Assembly (NCBI GenBank): GCA_002811645.1
Contig: PDIP01000046.1
Span: 1 to 64,000 of the forward strand
DNA: 64,000 nt
Reading direction: 5' to 3'
From: Corallochytrium limacisporum Hawaii
Taxonomy: Eukaryota; Protista; Pluriformea
Below are positions 1-9,651 of this stretch, one piece after another. Under the pieces are notes generated by a model. It did no database searches and had not been told where the DNA came from. It worked only from the letters and a program-made list of their open reading frames with translations. The position numbers and the translations under genes are program-made. Each line of letters begins with the position of its first letter. Position 1 is the first letter of the stretch.

Positions 1-18
1 TAACCCTAACCCTAACCC
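1..18. repeat. Telomeric repeat (TAACCC)3, TTAGGG type; chromosome end
   Basis: The window begins taaccctaaccctaaccc, with the C-rich strand at the 5' end as expected for a left telomere. Confidence 0.85.
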
Positions 19-223
19 TGAGGGTGCGGAGTAATTTCGGATGAGACGGAAATGCAGAACTGCGGTGGCTGGTGAGGTACCCAAAGGTACAAGTCGAGTC
101 CGGTTTTTAGTCGGGTTGATAGGAGAGCTCTTTTCGCCATGGTTCAATTATTGTGATAAGAGTTGGCTTGTCACTGCCGTATTGCATCTTACCGTTAGGT
201 TTGCAACGTATCCACAGTTTCAA

Positions 224-1186
224 ATGGAGGTACCAATAATAGACTTTGAGGAGTCTGATTCAAATAAGCTGGCCGAGGCCTGGGATGAAGCCATGTCGAA
301 AGTGGGCTTCGCTTGCATAGTAAATCATGGAGTGCCGCAGAAATCATTGGCGAACATAAGAACGCAAGCCCTTAAATTTTTTGAGGGCACCGACAGGGAA
401 ACGAAATTGAAATATCAATTTCACGAGAAATATGGCGGTCCATTGGGCGGATTTACGCCCTCTGGGCAGGAGGCTGTGGAGAGATCAAAGGGCGACACGT
501 CCGTCAGTGGTGGAAACCCTGTCGAAAGCTATGTTTTCAAAGTTGAAGATAAGGTAACTGGCATTGATAGACCAGAAATCCATGATGAGGATTTCGCAAG
601 GGCGGCTGATGCATATGTTGGGTATATTTCGGTATTGCTCGAACGTATCCATGAAGTCAGTTTATTAGCGTTGAATGCAAATGAAGAAGAAAGCGCTTTA
701 CTTAAGAAATCCTTCTCAAAGAACCCTCGCAATGCTCTACGACTGGCGTACTATCTACCATTGAGCGAAGGAAACGCGTGCTCCGCTCGGTACGGTGCGC
801 ACACGGACTACCAAGGATTCACCATTCTTCACCCAGACCCCATTGACCGAGAACGTGACTATGGATTGGAAGTCTTCATCAAGGATGAGGGCACAGAATC
901 TGGTACATGGTATCCAGTAAAATGTCCTGAAGGTGGCTTCATTGTAAACGCCGGCGATCTCTGGCCAATATGGGCTAGTGGAAAATGGAAGAGTCCCTTG
1001 CATAGGGTTACCGGGCCCTCGGATGGTCGCAAGGAACCCTCTCGTCTTTCTATTGTTTTCTTTACGGGACCTGAAGATGACATGCCAGTCGCTAGCCTCC
1101 CAGATACGGTCAACTCTGATGGTTCGGGTGTGTTAACTGCCGGAGAGCATCTCTTCAAGAAGCTTGGTATTAGCAATGTGAAATAA
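224..1186 (+). CDS. 2-oxoglutarate/Fe(II)-dependent dioxygenase, IPNS/DIOX-like
   Basis: DIOX_N-like start (VPIIDF...GFACIVNHGV), HTD...HRV iron ligands and RLS (RxS) 2OG-binding motif. The ORF opens at 41, but ATG 224 (caaATGG) is where homology begins. Confidence 0.9.
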   Translation: MEVPIIDFEESDSNKLAEAWDEAMSKVGFACIVNHGVPQKSLANIRTQALKFFEGTDRETKLKYQFHEKYGGPLGGFTPSGQEAVERSKGDTSVSGGNPVESYVFKVEDKVTGIDRPEIHDEDFARAADAYVGYISVLLERIHEVSLLALNANEEESALLKKSFSKNPRNALRLAYYLPLSEGNACSARYGAHTDYQGFTILHPDPIDRERDYGLEVFIKDEGTESGTWYPVKCPEGGFIVNAGDLWPIWASGKWKSPLHRVTGPSDGRKEPSRLSIVFFTGPEDDMPVASLPDTVNSDGSGVLTAGEHLFKKLGISNVK

Positions 1187-1279
1187 ATTCTGAGACATGC
1201 AACTCCCTATGTGATCTTTGCTGCACAATTTTAAGCACAATGGGTAGCCGTCAGATTTTAAAGAAAGCAAGATACTATA

Positions 1280-3064
1280 TCAGCGCATTAAAGATTCCAC
1301 CACGGCCGTAGTATTCAGTTTCCGCAGATCACTGTAGCGCTGGCCCACTCCGACAAAGATAACAGGCTGTCCAGTAATATGCGTCATACTTATTGCGGCA
1401 CCCACCTTGTCATCGATGGTGTCAAACTTGGTCAAAACAATACCATCGATAAGACGCGGTTCCTGACTGGAGCTCAAATTGCCAAGCGCCTGGTTGAACT
1501 TCACCAGCTGGTCAACAGCCTCGTTGCCGACAAGTGCCTCACCTACAAACAGAATCAAGTCCGGTTGGTTCATCTGCACTAGTTTGGCCAATGCCCGCAT
1601 CAGAGGCTCATTGTCTTGCATGCGCCCAGCGGTGTCTACCAGCACTACAGTGCGTTCTTCACGACGAGCTTGTTGAATAGCATCCCTGGCAACATTGGCA
1701 GCATCCTTTTCGTATCCCTGGTCGTACAATGCTACAATGTCTTCGTCTTCAAAGTTCTGGCAAAGATTCATTGTGTGTGTACGCAACTGTTCGATTGCAC
1801 CGGAACGGAAGGTATCTCCAGCGGCAATCATGATGCGGTGACCATTTCGAGCCAGCCAGAAGGCAATCTTTGCTAGATTGGTGCTCTTCCCGACGCCATT
1901 GACGCCGACCATGGTGATCACATACGGCTTCTTTGCTCGCTTTGCAGCTTCAATATCGCGCAGGATATTAATGCGACGCTTCGGTGTGAGAATTTGCTCA
2001 ATCTGATCCTTCAGCGCGTCCTTCACGGCAGCAGCGACAGAGCTGAAATTTGAGATCCGCGTCCCCTTAAGACTCTGTTCAATGCCTACGCAGATGTCCT
2101 CCGCCACATCACTGGCGACGTTCTTGGAAATTAGGTGGTCCCGGGTCTGGTTTACAACTTTCTGCAATTCAACCTCGTCAATCTGTGCGGTGCCACTTGC
2201 CAGGTTCTTGAAGTATCCAAGGAGACCACCGCTATTGGTCTGACTTGTACCGTCGTCAGCAACGAGATCATCTACTTCACCACTTAACTTCGCGGCGTTA
2301 GAGTCAAAAAGATGCTCTGCATTTGTACGCACTGATGTCTTGTCCGTGTCCGAGCTGAAATCCAGTTGAGTAACGTCATCCTCAGAAAGGGCATCGCCCC
2401 ACTGTCTGCCCTTCTTACCTCCACCGGCTGGTCCCTTTGACTTTCGAGGACTTTTGCTTCCAGATCTACTGCGAGTGCCACTTCCGCTATCATCCACTGA
2501 CTTTAAAAGTTCATGGGCCCCGTCTTCAGCCACTTCAGTCTCCGATTCACCCACGGTGACTGTTGGTGTCGGTGTTCTCTTAGGTTGTTGCCCTCGCTGC
2601 TGCAGTTCTCTCTGCTTCGTCTGGTAAAATTCAGTTATGATCTTCAACTCCCTCTCGCTTAGCGCCTGAGGCACAAACCCAGTCGCCAATGCTGCGTTGG
2701 CTTCACTTTGAGCTCCTCCTAGAGGTCTGAGGTATTGCAATGCGAATTCATGTACTGCCTCTAAAAGCTCTTCAATATGCTTGAGTGGATAACCCTTACG
2801 CTGAACAGCAACACACACTGTGTCAGACGGGGCATCTATATGCCACCGTACGACGTGCTGACCATTGCGAGAGTTGTGTAACTGTAGTTTACCCTGTCTG
2901 CCTTCCAAGAAGACTTGTTCCATGGCTTCATTCACAGCGGTGACGGCGGCACTCTCAGTTGAGGACCCGCTGCTGGCTGCAAGACTAGACAGACCGATGC
3001 CAGCTGTACGCTCATGCCACAGAGGCATGCCACCTCCTGTTAATACACTCACAAGCTCCAACAT
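1280..3064 (-). CDS. SRPRA: Signal recognition particle receptor alpha subunit
   Basis: Longin-type N-terminus (MLELVSVLTGGGMPLW) and SRP GTPase motifs GVNGVGKSTNLAK, DTFRSGA, DTAGRMQ, TKFDTIDDKVGAA. Confidence 0.97.
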   Translation of the reverse strand: MLELVSVLTGGGMPLWHERTAGIGLSSLAASSGSSTESAAVTAVNEAMEQVFLEGRQGKLQLHNSRNGQHVVRWHIDAPSDTVCVAVQRKGYPLKHIEELLEAVHEFALQYLRPLGGAQSEANAALATGFVPQALSERELKIITEFYQTKQRELQQRGQQPKRTPTPTVTVGESETEVAEDGAHELLKSVDDSGSGTRSRSGSKSPRKSKGPAGGGKKGRQWGDALSEDDVTQLDFSSDTDKTSVRTNAEHLFDSNAAKLSGEVDDLVADDGTSQTNSGGLLGYFKNLASGTAQIDEVELQKVVNQTRDHLISKNVASDVAEDICVGIEQSLKGTRISNFSSVAAAVKDALKDQIEQILTPKRRINILRDIEAAKRAKKPYVITMVGVNGVGKSTNLAKIAFWLARNGHRIMIAAGDTFRSGAIEQLRTHTMNLCQNFEDEDIVALYDQGYEKDAANVARDAIQQARREERTVVLVDTAGRMQDNEPLMRALAKLVQMNQPDLILFVGEALVGNEAVDQLVKFNQALGNLSSSQEPRLIDGIVLTKFDTIDDKVGAAISMTHITGQPVIFVGVGQRYSDLRKLNTTAVVESLMR

Positions 3065-3888
3065 TCTTGACTACGAATCAAGAGTGATTAGTTCTCACCG
3101 CTGGTCCCAGAAGCGGTCAAGTCTCTACTCCGTCGTGCTGCCTGGTTTGTTCGGATACAAGACTGTTCTCATAGATTGTCCCTTGATATATCTAAAACTC
3201 CGAGTCCAGAACGCAGAATGCCATTTCTAAGTCGGCTAAACCAGACATCATGCGCGGACTTGTTCATTGCTACAGTCACACAGTTCTCGACTCTTGGGCC
3301 AGCGTAAGGAATTTGCTCTCTCGCGACTGCTGGCAGGGACTGGTGGGTGAAAATTATACCAACCGAAGGGCAAGAGCCCTCACCAGGCAGAGAAGGGAGT
3401 CCAAACAAACCACAAATATTTCAATCAGTGAGCGATTTCCGAGAAAACATATTAACAGGCCGGTGTGAGCAAGCCGGGTGGACAGAGGCAGGTAACTTTA
3501 GCAAAAGCCAGGAGTGCCTCAAATCAGTGACGTCTGCACTCTGTTTGTCCCCGCTGGTAGTGCCGGTGAGGGGAAATTCTGTTCTGTTGCGTGTCAGTGA
3601 CTCGTCTTTTTTTGGAGTCGCATGCTTACCGCCGACGATGGGGTCATCACCTGGATTGGTGTTGAGTTTCCGATGGGCCTCTGTTTACGAGCGACAAGGT
3701 GTACACGGCACTGGGACGCTCTCTGAAGGTTTGCTCATCATCTCAATCCCCGAAAACTACCTTTACTGACAGAACGTAAAGGTATTTGGAGTGCAAACAG
3801 ATCTTAAGTCCTCTCACAGAAGATACCTACTAGCACACCCGGGATAGTTTCAGCACGTGTGTCTCTCAGAAGTGATCTACATCCAGTC

Positions 3889-4428
3889 ATGTTGCGCAAC
3901 AGTGTTCGCATTGTTGGCGTCGTTGGACGACCACTGGCCCGGGGTTTCATTCAAAACAGTAAGAGGGAACTCTTTTATGCTGCCGCTCGACCTGCCATGA
4001 ATGCGTCTACTTTGCAATTTATTCAAGCTAAGAACTTCCACAGCTCCCGTCCATCCTTCTCTGAGCTGGCGCCGGAACTGAAGGACCGGTTTGAGAAAGA
4101 AATCAAGGACAACAATGTGGTTCTGTACATGAAGGGTGTTCCGGAAGCCCCTATGTGTGGTTTCTCCAACGCTGTTGTCCGTGTGCTCGATCTGCACGGC
4201 TTGGCCCCCGGTAGTTACCACTCAGTAAATGTGCTCGAGGACGACGAGGTGCGTCAGGGTATAAAATTGTTCAGTGATTGGCAGACCATTCCTCAGTTGT
4301 ATCTAGGTGGTGAATTCATCGGCGGTGCTGATATTGTTATTCAGATGCACCAGAATGGAGAAATGGTCCAGGAGCTGGCCAATGTAGGAATTAAAAGTCC
4401 TCAGCCGGCTGATCCTCCCCAAGAGTAA
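3889..4428 (+). CDS. GLRX5: Mitochondrial monothiol glutaredoxin
   Basis: MKGVPEAPMCGFS active site, WQTIPQLY and GGADI motifs, Arg-rich presequence. First ATG is at 3889. Confidence 0.96.
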   Translation: MLRNSVRIVGVVGRPLARGFIQNSKRELFYAAARPAMNASTLQFIQAKNFHSSRPSFSELAPELKDRFEKEIKDNNVVLYMKGVPEAPMCGFSNAVVRVLDLHGLAPGSYHSVNVLEDDEVRQGIKLFSDWQTIPQLYLGGEFIGGADIVIQMHQNGEMVQELANVGIKSPQPADPPQE

Positions 4429-4517
4429 GGCTACTGCATCAGACCATGATCAAATATTGGTCACATAGTAATATACATGTATTTTTCGCCTCTAAACAGT
4501 TTTGCCTCTGTGTGTAC

Positions 4518-7500
4518 TCACAGCTTTGCCTGGTACTGTAAAGGCATTGCAATGACCTCGAGACAGTTTGGAACCTTCAGGTACTTTGTAGCTAGAGACT
4601 CTAGTACAGGTGTACCCAGAGCGCGATATCCCACTTCAATGCTCTGGGCCCACTCCCTGCGGAAAGGCATGGTCTGGGACGTACCAACTACGGAATCAAG
4701 CCAGAAGCTGTTCGAGTGCGTCATTGTAGCCAGATTCTTGACAATAGGGATGCGCGTCCGACGCACCCGCTCATCGTCGATGGATTCTGACAGATCCTTC
4801 ACACTTTCGTGAATGATCTCACGCATCTCACCAACATGCTGTGGCTTGCAGGTAAGATGCACCATTAGATAACCGAAATTTTGGAACGTCTCGGACATGA
4901 AAAAGTCAGCGCTCGGGGAGTAAGTGTCTCCTCGCTTATTTCGCACTTGCTCTTGCAGAATATCGTTGACCATTGAGTGCAAAAGGTAGAAACTGCGGAC
5001 CTCCTCCAGCGTCAACCCATCCGGGATGCGCCATCCGATCAGCAGACAAGCCTGGCTCGCCTGGGTGTTCACAAAAGTAGTGTGTGTACCGTATGGCATG
5101 GGTCGGGAGGGAACCATGAAATGACCAAGATCATTGCCCACCGTGCACGATTCACGATCCGGCATTGTTCCAAAGTACATGCTCGTTAGTTTGCGTGTTT
5201 GTTTGGGATCCAGATCGCCAACTATGCCAATTTCCATGGGAGCCGTAGCAAGAATTGGCTCCAGATAATCTCTGACTTGGTCAGCCGTGACCTTACGGAC
5301 ATCGTCAGCGGTGGGCGGACGGCGCTTCTCGTCGCTGTGGCCGGCCAACGTATGGAACAGATGGTAGGCTGCAGATGCCACGTCAGACTCCTGTGCTTCG
5401 AGGCTTGCGACGGCGTCCTGTTGTATACGGTCAAATAGGTTCATGCGCCAACCCGGATCCATGAACCCGGCGCGTACATACTGAATCAGTTTCTCCATGC
5501 TATCAGGTAGGCTCATACCATAAAACATCATCGAGCGTTCACCAAAGACCGGTCCTTCATAGCTGATCTTTGCACCGGCCATAATGTCTCGTAGAGACGT
5601 GATTGAGTGAGATCCCAGGCCCATACTGCCCAGGGCCATCATGCTCATCTCACGCACACCAGCAGGCGGCAAAGCATCTGGTCCTATATCTAAACTGACA
5701 GACAATTTGATATCGTTATCCTGCTCCTGTCGCCTTAAGATATTCACCAGGACGTTGTTACCATACCGAGTCTGCAGGATTTCTCGGGACTCACTAACTG
5801 TGTCGACTTCGGTAGCCTCTACTGACTTCAGATTCTTGCTGTCATCCTCGGGGGTTTTGGGAAGCTCGACATGGACAGACTGACTGCTGGCCACTTCATA
5901 GTGGAGCTCAGGGCGGTCTCCATAGGCCCACTGGAGGGAATTGCCAGATGAAGACACCTTACCATTCTCTACACTTTCATCGCCCGTCTCCACGAGGTCT
6001 GCGTGGGAGCGGTGGCGACTGCGGGCAGTACTCATCATATCCAGCAACATGTCATTGTCTAGGCCCGTCACTAAACCAGTTGTGGGCGACGCGGATGGTT
6101 GAGAAATACTCTCCTTTCCCATAAGCATAAGGACTCGTCGTCGTGGAGTGGTACCCTCAGCTTCTTCTTTTTGATGGCTCCGAAGAATGTCACCAATCGC
6201 TCCCTGGATGTCTTCGGGAGCTGTGTAGTCTGCTACCTCTCCGAAAAGTTCGCGGGTGGACTTGGCGGTGGTGTACACTACATTTTGTCTAAGATGAGCA
6301 ATCAACTCGTTCGCTACCTCAGCATTAGACTTTTGTGGCTCAAGCTGGACCATTTGCTCAAAGTAGCCCCTTATAGTTCGCAATTCCACAGCCAGTTCCT
6401 CCTCTGTCGGCCCATAATTAATGAGATTTTGAATTCCTGTGTACATGATTGTGAAGGCATCAGTCGCTCCCATGGCAGTTACCCCCTTCTTGAGCTGAGC
6501 GTGGATATGTCCGTTGCGGAATCCAAGACTGCTGTCAAGTCCCGCGGAAATGTTTACAATGTTCTGAACGGCTACCCGACCGTCAAAGCCATTCAGTTGT
6601 GGTATGGTGTCTGGCTCCTCAAACATGCGCTGGAAGCGTTTACGTAGTATCTGGATACCGATCCGTTCATGAAGCCGCACACGGCGCTCCTCAATGCTGT
6701 CTGGCACTGCTGGTCTATGGCTAACTGTGGCAAGCTCCAGCACGGTGGAATCCACATCAGGGTGCGCCATGGATTCCACGGACAGCGACGACGGCTGCAA
6801 AAGTCCAAGGTCCACCGAAGGTCTTACATCTGTCAAGGGTGCATTATTTTTCAGTTCACCAAACAATGATTCTACAAGTTTGATTGTCTCAACCGTATCC
6901 ACAGCGCCAACCACGATTAAGGACATATTGTTTGGGCGATACCATTGCTGATAGAAGGCTCGCAGGGCAGATGGGGTAAAGGATCCCACTGAAAGAGCAC
7001 TCCCGTCCGGAAAACGATGGGGTATTAAAGTACCACGGTAAAGTGTACCATAGGCGTACTTGCGAATGGCCATGTCGCCCGTATCGGTATCAGCCAGTTC
7101 GCTCTGTACCACGGTAGCTTCCCGTTTAACCTGATCCTCGTCAAACAAGCAACGGCCAGCAAAATCGGACAATATCTGCAACCCCTCGCTCACGTCCTTG
7201 GGTCCACCACTGGGAGGCAGGTCCAGGAAGTACATCGTATCCTCGAAGCCGGTTTGCGCGTTACTATGGTGCCCAAACTTGAGACCAAGGTTCTGAAGCG
7301 TGGTGTGAACGGATGTACCCGGATAATTCTCTGTCCCGCAGAAAGCCAGATGCTCCACAAAATGTGCCATGCCTAGTTCGCCGGCGTCCTCGTTCAATGA
7401 GCCTGCATGAACTAGCAAACGGAGGCTCACGGTCTGAGGATCTTTTGGATTTGCCTTAATGGCAAATCGGAACCCGTTCGACAGGCGACCATAGTTTACC

Positions 7501-7664
7501 CCTGGGTGAGGATCGATCTCTGACACGTCATGTGGCCAAGGTGCGGAGTACACCCGTTCTGACCATTGGTCGCTCTGATTTCTAAGGTACGTGGCTGTTG
7601 TAAATGATCGGACCAAGGGCACACCTAAGCCCCGACTTAGGTGAACCAGCTTTGGGACAATCAT
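4518..7664 (-). CDS. M16 zinc peptidase of the bacterial PqqL type, with presequence-like N-terminus and C-terminal AKL
   Basis: HFVEH inverted zinc motif, GLKFGHHSNAQTGFEDTMYFLDLP segment and RNKRGDTYSP motif; 1048-aa single chain. Confidence 0.9.
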   Translation of the reverse strand: MIVPKLVHLSRGLGVPLVRSFTTATYLRNQSDQWSERVYSAPWPHDVSEIDPHPGVNYGRLSNGFRFAIKANPKDPQTVSLRLLVHAGSLNEDAGELGMAHFVEHLAFCGTENYPGTSVHTTLQNLGLKFGHHSNAQTGFEDTMYFLDLPPSGGPKDVSEGLQILSDFAGRCLFDEDQVKREATVVQSELADTDTGDMAIRKYAYGTLYRGTLIPHRFPDGSALSVGSFTPSALRAFYQQWYRPNNMSLIVVGAVDTVETIKLVESLFGELKNNAPLTDVRPSVDLGLLQPSSLSVESMAHPDVDSTVLELATVSHRPAVPDSIEERRVRLHERIGIQILRKRFQRMFEEPDTIPQLNGFDGRVAVQNIVNISAGLDSSLGFRNGHIHAQLKKGVTAMGATDAFTIMYTGIQNLINYGPTEEELAVELRTIRGYFEQMVQLEPQKSNAEVANELIAHLRQNVVYTTAKSTRELFGEVADYTAPEDIQGAIGDILRSHQKEEAEGTTPRRRVLMLMGKESISQPSASPTTGLVTGLDNDMLLDMMSTARSRHRSHADLVETGDESVENGKVSSSGNSLQWAYGDRPELHYEVASSQSVHVELPKTPEDDSKNLKSVEATEVDTVSESREILQTRYGNNVLVNILRRQEQDNDIKLSVSLDIGPDALPPAGVREMSMMALGSMGLGSHSITSLRDIMAGAKISYEGPVFGERSMMFYGMSLPDSMEKLIQYVRAGFMDPGWRMNLFDRIQQDAVASLEAQESDVASAAYHLFHTLAGHSDEKRRPPTADDVRKVTADQVRDYLEPILATAPMEIGIVGDLDPKQTRKLTSMYFGTMPDRESCTVGNDLGHFMVPSRPMPYGTHTTFVNTQASQACLLIGWRIPDGLTLEEVRSFYLLHSMVNDILQEQVRNKRGDTYSPSADFFMSETFQNFGYLMVHLTCKPQHVGEMREIIHESVKDLSESIDDERVRRTRIPIVKNLATMTHSNSFWLDSVVGTSQTMPFRREWAQSIEVGYRALGTPVLESLATKYLKVPNCLEVIAMPLQYQAKL

Positions 7665-7666
7665 CG

Positions 7667-7701
7667 TCTATATCTACCTATCGATCTATCTATCTATCGA
7701 T
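7667..7701. repeat. Imperfect (TATC)n/GATA microsatellite directly upstream of the M16 start codon
   Basis: tctatatctacctatcgatctatctatctatcgat. Confidence 0.6.
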
Positions 7702-8251
7702 GATCAATGGGACTGTCATTCTATGTCATCAGGTACAAGCACTCCCACTAGAAGTAATCTCCGAATCCCATGAGACTCGATGCTGGCTGACCGTATGCTT
7801 GTGACACAACTCTTCTACATCAATTGAAATAGCAAAGCCGTCCTGAAGACCTAACCGGCCCTCTTCCTACTGCTTTCCATTTATCTCTCGGAAGTAACAA
7901 CCCGCAGGGCCAGAGGGGAGGGGAACGGGAGGTTTGTAATCTGCTTCGTGGTCCCCCTACCATTCTGGCCTCCCGCACCACCATTCTCAAGGGCAGAACT
8001 TGGAGGCCCGGATATGGACAGACCCTTAGCCCGTTAACCCCCCTCCCGGGCCGGTGGGTTGGGGGCCGCTTTCCTCAACATGGGTTTGCAACCCCATGGT
8101 CCGTCACACGTGCGGGTAAGACCTGAAACCCACCTTGGATTAGGAGGACTCAGAGGGCGCACGTACATAGAGGCAACCGCCATCCGAACCGAACTATGGC
8201 TTCTTTCTCCCCTTTTTATTAAGCAAGGGAGTATGCCTCAACATTCCAACC

Positions 8252-9136
8252 ATGGTTCTGTACTTTATCGGGCTCGGCCTGGGAAATGAGCAGGACATTA
8301 CTGTCCGGGGGTTGGAAATTGTGAAGTCAGCTGACAAGGTCTTCCTTGAAGCCTACACGTCCATCTTGGCTCGGGGTCCGGAGAATTTCTTGAACAAAAC
8401 TGTTACATTGTACGGAAGAGATGACATTGTAATCGCTGACCGTGAGCTAGTGGAACAGGCAGCAGAAACCATCCTGGACCCTGCAGAGGGTCAAGATACG
8501 AAGGTAGCCTTTCTCGTGGTTGGTGACCCCTACGGAGCCACCACCCACACTGATCTGGCTCTTCGTGCCCATGAGCGGAAAATCAAGGTCGTAAATATTC
8601 ACAATGCTAGCATCATGAATGCAGTTGCTGCCTGCGGGCTCCAACTGTACCGCTTCGGACAGAGCATCAGTCAGGTCTTCTGGACTGACGAGTGGCAGCC
8701 GGACTCTTATTATGACAAGATTGGTGACAACATGAGCATCGGGTTGCACACTTTGTGCCTTCTAGATATCAAAGTTAAAGAACAGACATGGGAGAATTTG
8801 GCCCGCGGTCGAAAGGTATACGAACCCCCTCGTTTTATGACCGTCACCGAGGCTCTTGAGCAGCTTTTGGCCTGCGAAGAGAGGCACGGAAGAGGTCTGG
8901 TTAAGGCGGACACTATTGTGATTGGTGTGGCCCGTCTTGGGCAAGATGACCAATTGATTGTCTCAGGCACCGTCTCTGAGCTCATGGAAGTAGACTTTGG
9001 CAAACCTCTGCACTCCCTGGTCATCGCTGGCGATGTGCACGAAACTGAGTTGGAGTGCGTGGCTATGCACGCCAAGAACAAGGATACTTTTGAGGCCATG
9101 CTCAAAGAGATTCGTTCGAAACTGGGGCCTCAGTGA
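8252..9136 (+). CDS. DPH5: Diphthine methyl ester synthase
   Basis: LYFIGLGLG, VFLEAYTS, GDPYGATTH, GLQLYRFG, GLHTLCLLDIKVKE and DFGKPLHSL motifs. Confidence 0.97.
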   Translation: MVLYFIGLGLGNEQDITVRGLEIVKSADKVFLEAYTSILARGPENFLNKTVTLYGRDDIVIADRELVEQAAETILDPAEGQDTKVAFLVVGDPYGATTHTDLALRAHERKIKVVNIHNASIMNAVAACGLQLYRFGQSISQVFWTDEWQPDSYYDKIGDNMSIGLHTLCLLDIKVKEQTWENLARGRKVYEPPRFMTVTEALEQLLACEERHGRGLVKADTIVIGVARLGQDDQLIVSGTVSELMEVDFGKPLHSLVIAGDVHETELECVAMHAKNKDTFEAMLKEIRSKLGPQ

Positions 9137-9651
9137 GAACACGAAACAAGTAAAAACATAGGGAGTAATATAACCATACATTGTATCGTAGGTGCAGATG
9201 AGAAAGAGATTTCTGAAAGGATCATCTAGAAATCCATTCTTGTTTAGAAGGGGGATTGGTGCTCTACTGTGTATATTGAGTGCTCACGGAGAGGGGTTTT
9301 AATTCATATAAACGAAATTGAAGAGCGATGAGGGGACTCAGCTAGAGCAATATTCCAAAATGGTTTAGGTTGTCGCCGTCGTGGATCGCGCCGCCCGGGA
9401 GGGACCATAGGGGGAGGCGGTGGTGGCGGGTATATAGATTCGGAATGACCCACGCAGCGCTCTGGAATGCGGGTCTTAGTATCAGAGCCGCCTTTGCTTG
9501 CGAATATCTAGTTATTGGGCAAATCCATTGCGCTTTCCATTGAGCACAAGAACCCTCACTTGTCTCCGTCTGCCACCGCCAGTATTCATCTTCAAAATGG
9601 CCACTTCCAGGCCGGATATAACATTCTTATAGATGCCTCTATCTCATCGCC

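Noticed and set aside
41-223. 61-aa N-terminal extension of the oxygenase ORF from ATG 41
   Set aside because: No family resemblance, and it would leave only about 20 bp between telomere and start. ATG 224 has better context and begins the domain.
3291-3312. GCCAGCGTAAGGAA resembling the 3' end of a TPP riboswitch
   Set aside because: The upstream CUGAGA and ACCUGAU elements are missing and no thiamine gene is adjacent.
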